Source: an uncultured Latescibacterota bacterium (lineage in GTDB: Bacteria; Latescibacterota; UBA2968; UBA8231). Taken from it: a DNA stretch of 64,000 bases. This document shows positions 58,025 to 64,000 of the stretch, one piece after another. Both the position numbers and the translations under genes were made by a program. The stretch is from contig OX638377.1 of the NCBI GenBank assembly GCA_951813615.1, positions 4,762,505-4,826,504 on the forward strand, given 5' to 3'. Under the pieces are notes generated by a model. The model was not told where the DNA came from. It made no database searches and was given only the letters and a program-made list of their open reading frames with translations. Positions within the stretch are counted from its first letter, which is position 1; each line of letters begins with the position of its first letter.

Positions 58025-59398
58025 CTAGCCACTCTCCTTCACCGCGGCCACCAAATCCAACACCGCCTCTTTGGCGCTGCCGAAAAACATCAGCGCATTT
58101 TCCGCGGCAAAAAGCGGATTGGGCAGCCCGGCAAACCCCGGGCTCAGACTCCGCTTAATCACCACCACCGTGCGTGCATTATCCACGTCGAGGATGGGCA
58201 TACCGGCAATCGGCCCGGAATCCGCGTCGCGGGCGAGGGGGTTGACCACGTCGTTGGCACCGATGATCAACGCCACATCGGTCTGCTGGAAGGTCGGGTT
58301 GATTCGATCCATCTCCACTAACTTGTCGTAGGGCACTTCGGCCTCGGCCAATAGCACGTTCATGTGGCCCGGCATCCGACCCGCCACTGGGTGAATCGCG
58401 TACTCGACCTCGACGCCGCGCTCTTCGAGCAAATTGGCCAAGTCTCGCACGGCGTGTTGTGCTTGGGCCACGGCCATGCCATAGCCGGGGACTACCACCA
58501 CGCGCCGGGCCGTGTCAAACAGCAGCGCGACTTCCTCGGCCGAGGTTGACTTGATCTTGCCGGCATAGACCTCGTCGTCGCTGGTTCCGCTTGCGACCTC
58601 GGCACCGACGCCGCCGAAGAATACATTGCCCAGCGAGCGGTTCATGGCTCGGCACATGATTTGCGTCAAAATCAGCCCCGAAGCCCCCACCAGTGACCCC
58701 GCGACAATCAGCACGTTGTTGTCGAGCACAAAGCCGGTAGCCGCGGCCGCCAGACCCGAACAAGAATTGAGCAAGGCAATCACCACCGGCATATCGGCTC
58801 CGCCTATGGGCAATACGAGCAACAAGCCCAACAGCGAGGCCACGCCGACCATGGCCCAGAAGGCATCCGGCTCGCCCAGCACCAGCCAAGCACCCAAGCC
58901 CACACTGCCGAGAACCAGCACCCCGTTGCAAAACTGCTGGCCGGGAAACCGCACCAAGCCCTTGAGCACTTCCATCAGCTTGAGGAAGGCCACGATGCTA
59001 CCCCAGAAAGTAACCGCGCCGATAATTCCAGAGGCAGCCGTAGCAGCCGTGAATTGGTAGGAAGGAGCCTGCGCCTCAATCAACGCCGCGCCAGCCACCA
59101 GCGCGGAGGCACCACCGCCCAAGCCGTTAAAAACCGCCACCAACTCGGGCATAGAGGTCAGGGGAATTTTTACCGCCAGGACCATGCCGACCAGCGCACC
59201 GACGACTACGCCGAGCAAAATGTATTCGCCGGAGAGAATCCGCTGATCCACCAAGGTGGCGACGATGGCCAACAACATCCCCAAGGCACCCAGCAAGTTG
59301 CCGCGCACGGCCGTGCGCGGGTGCGTCAGCCCCTTGAGGCCGAGAATGAAGAGGACCGAGGCGACTAGGTAGGCGAAGTTAATCAGGGTCGCGCTCAT
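58025..59398 (-). CDS. pntB: NAD(P) transhydrogenase beta subunit
   Basis: IGGADMPVVI, VPGYGMAVAQAQH, HPVAGRMPGHMNVLLAEA, GANDVVNP. Confidence 0.97.
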   Translation of the reverse strand: MSATLINFAYLVASVLFILGLKGLTHPRTAVRGNLLGALGMLLAIVATLVDQRILSGEYILLGVVVGALVGMVLAVKIPLTSMPELVAVFNGLGGGASALVAGAALIEAQAPSYQFTAATAASGIIGAVTFWGSIVAFLKLMEVLKGLVRFPGQQFCNGVLVLGSVGLGAWLVLGEPDAFWAMVGVASLLGLLLVLPIGGADMPVVIALLNSCSGLAAAATGFVLDNNVLIVAGSLVGASGLILTQIMCRAMNRSLGNVFFGGVGAEVASGTSDDEVYAGKIKSTSAEEVALLFDTARRVVVVPGYGMAVAQAQHAVRDLANLLEERGVEVEYAIHPVAGRMPGHMNVLLAEAEVPYDKLVEMDRINPTFQQTDVALIIGANDVVNPLARDADSGPIAGMPILDVDNARTVVVIKRSLSPGFAGLPNPLFAAENALMFFGSAKEAVLDLVAAVKESG

Positions 59399-59401
59399 GC
59401 G

Positions 59402-59683
59402 CTAGTCGCGCCTCCTAAACATCCCCAACATGCGGTGCGTCACCATGAACCCACCCACCACGTTAATCGTAGCGAAGATGACGGCCGCCAACCCCAAATA
59501 AGTCGCCAAGGCCGAGTGCTCGGAACCAGCCGAGAGCAGCGCACCGATCAGGGTAATGCCGGAGATGGCGTTGGACCCGGACATCAGCGGCGTGTGCAGG
59601 GTCGGTGGGATCTTGGTGATGATTTCAAAGCCGACGAAGACGGCGAGAGCAAACACCGTCAGCGCGGCTACTAGGACATCCAC
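59402..59683 (-). CDS. pntAB: NAD(P) transhydrogenase alpha subunit, membrane part
   Basis: PPTLHTPLMSGSNAISG, NVVGGF.VT.RML. Confidence 0.95.
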   Translation of the reverse strand: MDVLVAALTVFALAVFVGFEIITKIPPTLHTPLMSGSNAISGITLIGALLSAGSEHSALATYLGLAAVIFATINVVGGFMVTHRMLGMFRRRD

Positions 59684-60831
59684 TATGAGCTTCCTTTGCG
59701 AATGCGCGGATGGACGATCTCGCCGTCGCGCAACACCAAGGTCTCGCGCGTGATTTCGTCCTCCATGTCGAATTGCAACTCCCCCTCGCCCGCCAAGTGA
59801 CGAAAGAAGGTTGCGATATTGTGCGAGTACATTTGGCTGGCGTGGTGTGGCACGGTCGCCGGTAGATTGAGTGGCCCCATGATCTGTACTCCGCCCTCTA
59901 CGACCGTCTCCCCAGGGCGCGTCAGTTCGCAGTTGCCGCCGCGCTCAGCGGCCAAATCGACGATGACCGACCCCGGCCCCATGCTCTGCACGGCCTCAGC
60001 CGTAATCAACAGAGGGGCTGGTTGCCCCGGTATGGCGGCCGTGGTGATGACCACGTCGCTCTGGCCGGCGACCTTGGCCAGCTCCTCGCGCTGGCGGCGG
60101 TAAAACACCTCGTCTTGCGCCCGCGCGTACCCACCCGCGTCCTCGGAATCGCCGGCGTCAATATCCAACTCCACGAACTCGGCCCCGAGGCTCTCGACCT
60201 GTTCTTTGACCGCTGGCCGCACATCGTACGCCCGGATAACCGCTCCTAGGCGGCGGGCCGTGGCAATGGCCTGGAGACCGGCGACCCCTGCGCCGACGAC
60301 CAGCACCCGAGACGGGGTCAACGTGCCGGCGGCTGTCATCAAGAGAGGAAACATGCGCGGCAGGGCTTCAGCGGCCAAAAGCACCGCTTTATAGCCGGCG
60401 ATCGTAGCCATAGAAGAGAGCACATCCATGCTCTGGGCGCGGGTAATGCGCGGCATCAGTTCCATGGCGAATAGGGTCGCTCCGGCATCGGCCAGCGCCG
60501 ACAACTCCGGGCCAGCGGTCAGCGGGTCCGAAGCTCCGATGAGAACTTGCCCAGAGCGGATCCGAGCCAAGTCGACGCGACCGGCCTCTGGATTCGCGCC
60601 GAGCGTGCGCACCTGGAACACCACGTCGGCGCGGCCGAACACCTCGTCGCGGTCCGCGGCGACCTCAGCACCGCGATCAACATAGACCGCATCGGCATAG
60701 CCGGCTGCGTCACCCGCGCCCGGCTCTATTAGGATGTTCGCATTGCAAGCCGATAACCCGGACACAGCCTCCGGGACCAAGGCGACCCGATGCTCACCAG
60801 CGAAGGTCTCTCGTGCGATACCAACGATCAT
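59683..60831 (-). CDS. pntAA: NAD(P) transhydrogenase alpha subunit, NAD-binding part
   Basis: EHRVALVP, PRITRAQSMDVLSS, GAGVAGLQA, DLAAERGGNC. Confidence 0.96.
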   Translation of the reverse strand: MIVGIARETFAGEHRVALVPEAVSGLSACNANILIEPGAGDAAGYADAVYVDRGAEVAADRDEVFGRADVVFQVRTLGANPEAGRVDLARIRSGQVLIGASDPLTAGPELSALADAGATLFAMELMPRITRAQSMDVLSSMATIAGYKAVLLAAEALPRMFPLLMTAAGTLTPSRVLVVGAGVAGLQAIATARRLGAVIRAYDVRPAVKEQVESLGAEFVELDIDAGDSEDAGGYARAQDEVFYRRQREELAKVAGQSDVVITTAAIPGQPAPLLITAEAVQSMGPGSVIVDLAAERGGNCELTRPGETVVEGGVQIMGPLNLPATVPHHASQMYSHNIATFFRHLAGEGELQFDMEDEITRETLVLRDGEIVHPRIRKGSS

Positions 60832-60834
60832 TTA

Positions 60835-61125
60835 TCAGTGGTGGGACACCAGTTTGTCGTGGTGTTTTCTGAGCTGGCTCTCGATCTTGGATTCGGCTTC
60901 GGCGAGGGCCTTGTAGAGATTGTCTGCCGCCCCCGTGGCTGCAAACGTGCGCTGCGGCACCTTGACGATGATTTCCACTTTATCGTCGTGTTTTTCCTTG
61001 TCGAGGATGACTTCGCAATCCACGATGCGGTCGAAGTAGTGTTCGAGCTTAGTACAAGAATCTGCAATGTGTGCTTTGGTTTCTTCCGAGATTTTGCCGT
61101 GGCGCATACTTATTCTGGGCTGCAT
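60835..61125 (-). CDS. hpf: Ribosome hibernation factor (short HPF/RaiA)
   Basis: RH..ISE......KLEHYFDRI, LYKAL..A..K.E.QLRKHHDK. Confidence 0.87.
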   Translation of the reverse strand: MQPRISMRHGKISEETKAHIADSCTKLEHYFDRIVDCEVILDKEKHDDKVEIIVKVPQRTFAATGAADNLYKALAEAESKIESQLRKHHDKLVSHH

Positions 61126-61171
61126 CTCCTAATCCTTTCTCTTTAGACAAAATTTAATCGCTGGCCCGCAC

Positions 61172-62455
61172 TTAGGGCCGCTCTGCGAGCGGCTGATAAG
61201 TCCGCTGCACCGAGCCGGTGTAAATCTGGCGTGGACGGCTGATTTTGGTGGCCTTGCTCTCCTCGTACCAATGCGCGATCCAGCCCGGCATGCGGCCAAT
61301 GGCGAAGATCACGGTGAACATCTCCTTGGGAATACCGAGGGCGCGGAGAATGACGCCACTGTAGAAATCCACGTTGGGATAGAGCTTGCGTTGAATGAAG
61401 TACTCATCCTCCAGCGCTACGGCCTCCAGCTCTTTTGCGATGTCGAGCAGGGGGTCGTTGATGTGGAGCTTGGCCAACACTTTCTCGCAACTCTTTTTAA
61501 TGATCTTGGCGCGCGGGTCAAAGTTTTTGTACACCCGATGCCCGAACCCCATCAAGCGGATCCCAGCCTTCTTGTCCTTGACCTGCGCGACGTAATCGCC
61601 GACCGAGACATTTTCGGCGCGGATTGTCTCCAGCATGTTCACCACCGCCACATTCGCCCCGCCGTGCAGCGGCCCCCATAGAGCGGAGACGCCCGCCGCC
61701 ACCGAGGCGAAGAGATTGGCTTCGCTGCTGCCGACCATCCGCACCGTGGAGGTGCTGCAATTTTGCTCGTGGTCGGCGTGGAGGAGGAAAATCAGATCCA
61801 GCGCATCGACCAGCGCCGGGTCCGCATCAAACTCGTTGTACGGCTGGCTGAACATCATGTGCAGGAAATTTTCTGCGTACCGCTTCCTCGGGTGCGGGTA
61901 CTCGATGTGGTGGCCCAGTTGCTGGCGATGGGAATAGGCGGCAATGGTGCGGACCTTGGACATGATGCGCGCGGCCGCTTCGGTGAAGGTCTCCTCGTCT
62001 TGAATCTCCAACAACTCGGGATAATAGCAACTCAAGGCGTTGAGCACCGAGGACAACACGGCCATCGGCGGCGAGTTGGGCGGGAAAAGACTGAAGTGTT
62101 GCTTTAACTCCTCGCGCAGCATCTGGTGCTTGGTCAGCAGCGCACTGAACTCGTCTAGTTGCTCGGCATTGGGCAACTCGCCCCAAATCAGCAAATAGGC
62201 GACCTCGATGAAGCGGCTGTACTCGGCCAAATCCTCGATCGCGTAGCCCCGGTAGCGCAGAATGCCCGCATCGCCGTCGATAAAGGTGATATCGCTCTGG
62301 CAAGAGCCCGTATTGCCGTAGCCGGGATCTAGGGCGATATACCCAGTCTCGGCGCGCAATTTGGCAATGTCGAGCGCCTTTTCGCCCTCGCTGCCGACGA
62401 CAACAGGCAATTCGACGATCTGGTCTCCGGCCTGCAAGCGGGCAGTTTCCGCCAT
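61172..62455 (-). CDS. gltA: Citrate synthase (hexameric type)
   Basis: DPGYGNTGSC.S.ITFIDG, HADHEQNCSTSTVR, WGPLHGGAN, GFGHRVYK, YPNVDFYSG. ATG 62455 follows AAGGAG. Confidence 0.96.
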   Translation of the reverse strand: MAETARLQAGDQIVELPVVVGSEGEKALDIAKLRAETGYIALDPGYGNTGSCQSDITFIDGDAGILRYRGYAIEDLAEYSRFIEVAYLLIWGELPNAEQLDEFSALLTKHQMLREELKQHFSLFPPNSPPMAVLSSVLNALSCYYPELLEIQDEETFTEAAARIMSKVRTIAAYSHRQQLGHHIEYPHPRKRYAENFLHMMFSQPYNEFDADPALVDALDLIFLLHADHEQNCSTSTVRMVGSSEANLFASVAAGVSALWGPLHGGANVAVVNMLETIRAENVSVGDYVAQVKDKKAGIRLMGFGHRVYKNFDPRAKIIKKSCEKVLAKLHINDPLLDIAKELEAVALEDEYFIQRKLYPNVDFYSGVILRALGIPKEMFTVIFAIGRMPGWIAHWYEESKATKISRPRQIYTGSVQRTYQPLAERP

Positions 62456-62532
62456 GTCTTGTTCTCCTTGATGCAACTCGATCGCCGAGGACGAAAAGAC
62501 GCCCCAAGCGATGGGTGTGCCGTTTTTATCAG

Positions 62533-62561
62533 ATAGTAGGCTCTAAAATTTGCACTGTCAA
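62533..62561 (-). promoter_or_regulatory. Sigma70-like promoter for gltA-hpf-pnt
   Basis: TTGACA-17nt-TACTAT on the minus strand. Confidence 0.6.
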
Positions 62562-62625
62562 TTGTCGCCGATGCTTGCTACGGGTGCCTGATACCCGGGA
62601 AAATGGGGTGGCGACCAATCGCTGT

Positions 62626-64000
62626 CTACTGGCGTGGAATCACCGGCAAAAGTACGTGCGACGGATGCGCTCTGGAGTGTTGCACCGTCTGTTGCGCGCT
62701 GCGCATCTCCGTGTCCGTGCCGAGGTCATTGCCGGTGTTGTGGTTTCTGTCGAAGCGCGGGAAGTTGGATGAGGACACTTCGATCCTGATCCTGTGTCCC
62801 TTCTGGAAGACATTGCCGGTGACGGCGAGATCGATCTCGTACTGATACGTTTGATCGGGCTGCAGCAACTTGGGTGCGGTGAAGCCCTCGCGGTAGCGCG
62901 CCCGGACGATGCCATCGCAGAGATTCTTGGCGTACCCGCTTGTTGACACGTCCACCAGCTTGGCGGTCCAGTCGGTATCCAGCCCGTCTGTAGCCGCGTA
63001 TAAAACGGCCTTGATCGGCCCCGTCACCTCGAGATCGGCTGCCAAAGGCTCGCTGGTGTAGCAGAGCACATCGCCCCTCATCTCCACATCGCGCTGGTCG
63101 TACGGCCCCCAAGGGACAATGTCGGGCGAGCAACAGTTGTTGCCGCCTGCGGTCTGCACGGGAAAATCGGGGTCATACACAAAGTGATCCGCCGGCTCGT
63201 CGCTCGGCTCCTCCGGCGATAAGCTACCGTCGCCCAACAGCGAGTTGGCATTGCCAGCAGAGTGCAGATACCACTTTTGCCAGTCGGTCCTAGCCAGCGG
63301 CCATTCGCGCTCGTCTCTCCATTCATTAATGCCCATTATGAAGAGCCGCAGCGGAGCCTCGCCGACGATGCCGTTGTCAATGCCCCTCAGCCAGTAGTCA
63401 AACCAACGCAACTCCAAGTCCTCCAAGTCGTACAGCGAGTTCGCGCCGAAATCGATGTCACCCGTCTTGGTAGAAACACTGAGCGCGTGCGGCCAGGGAC
63501 CGACGATGAGCTGACTCTGCCTGGCTTCGGGCGTCCGCCCGTGCAGCCTTAGACCGTTGAAGTTGATAAAGGTGTTGTGGGAATAGAGGTCGTACCAGCC
63601 TCCCATTATCAGGGCGGGGGCCGCGATTTCGCCCCACTTGTTTTCGACGTTGACCTCGTCCCAGTAGGCATTGTATTCGGTGTGCGTCACCCAATCCCGC
63701 CAGAACTGTAGGGTTCGGCCCGCTTGTTGATCCATGTCGATGAGTGGGATCGAGCGAAAGGCCTCCGTCCAGTTGTGGTACTCGATGCTTTGGGCGGTGC
63801 GGCCATTGGTCCGCATCCCCCACGTGAGGGCGACGTTGAGTTGGAACGCCCCGCCGGGGTGAATTAGGCCCGAGTACAGATCGCCGCACATGACCCTCGG
63901 TGCTATGCACGTCAGGTGCTGGCTGCGGTGCGGCGCGCTCTGCCACTGCACCCATCCGAGGTAGGAGCCTCCGGCCATGCCGATCTTGCCGTCGCTCCAC
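62626..64000 (-). CDS. CocE/NonD family serine hydrolase (5' truncated by the window)
   Basis: GGSYLG nucleophile elbow, GGWYD, GPWPH, DTDWTAKLVDV, SSSNFPRFDRN. Confidence 0.92.
   Translation of the reverse strand, partial: WSDGKIGMAGGSYLGWVQWQSAPHRSQHLTCIAPRVMCGDLYSGLIHPGGAFQLNVALTWGMRTNGRTAQSIEYHNWTEAFRSIPLIDMDQQAGRTLQFWRDWVTHTEYNAYWDEVNVENKWGEIAAPALIMGGWYDLYSHNTFINFNGLRLHGRTPEARQSQLIVGPWPHALSVSTKTGDIDFGANSLYDLEDLELRWFDYWLRGIDNGIVGEAPLRLFIMGINEWRDEREWPLARTDWQKWYLHSAGNANSLLGDGSLSPEEPSDEPADHFVYDPDFPVQTAGGNNCCSPDIVPWGPYDQRDVEMRGDVLCYTSEPLAADLEVTGPIKAVLYAATDGLDTDWTAKLVDVSTSGYAKNLCDGIVRARYREGFTAPKLLQPDQTYQYEIDLAVTGNVFQKGHRIRIEVSSSNFPRFDRNHNTGNDLGTDTEMRSAQQTVQHSRAHPSHVLLPVIPRQ

Noticed and set aside
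59402-60831. Split pntA as a frameshift or pseudogene
   Set aside because: The three-subunit PntAA/PntAB/PntB organisation is an established natural form.

Overview
GC-rich bacterial chromosomal segment. The gene content suggests an FCB-superphylum lineage such as Ca. Latescibacterota/Handelsmanbacteria (inference from Ig/cohesin/dockerin-like exported proteins with a conserved C-terminal 'NxPNPFNP...KKMLLLK' domain, homodimeric GlyRS and three-gene pnt). Most of the window is housekeeping: ppk2, aroC, carA, a histone-H1-like/SWIB protein, proC-hisH-hisF-proB-ftsB-recO-glyQS, tRNA-Leu, tig-clpP-clpX-engB-serA-purA-prpB-prpC, gltBD, pntAA/AB/B, hpf and gltA. An accessory zone at about 22.9-50.9 kb holds catabolic enzymes, a four-gene islet, a surface-protein array, TonB/ABC uptake and an RcnA-like exporter. 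The most notable structure is the 33.0-40.8 kb array of modular exported-protein genes. It shares a C-terminal domain and a family of 3' hairpins, two of its units share a start-codon-occluding leader hairpin, and it contains a 173-bp collapsed chimeric gene plus a TA-like DUF5678/retropepsin pair enclosed by 100-bp near-identical direct repeats. Also seen: a 129-bp MITE with an 8-bp target duplication inserted exactly at an ABC gene start codon, GTAG-type REP/REPIN palindromes, and a CCWGG-depleted, CCAAG/CTAGG-enriched composition (hand-counted in the first 3.5 kb) consistent with unrepaired Dcm-type methylcytosine deamination. All calls are from manual motif recognition; no database searches were run.
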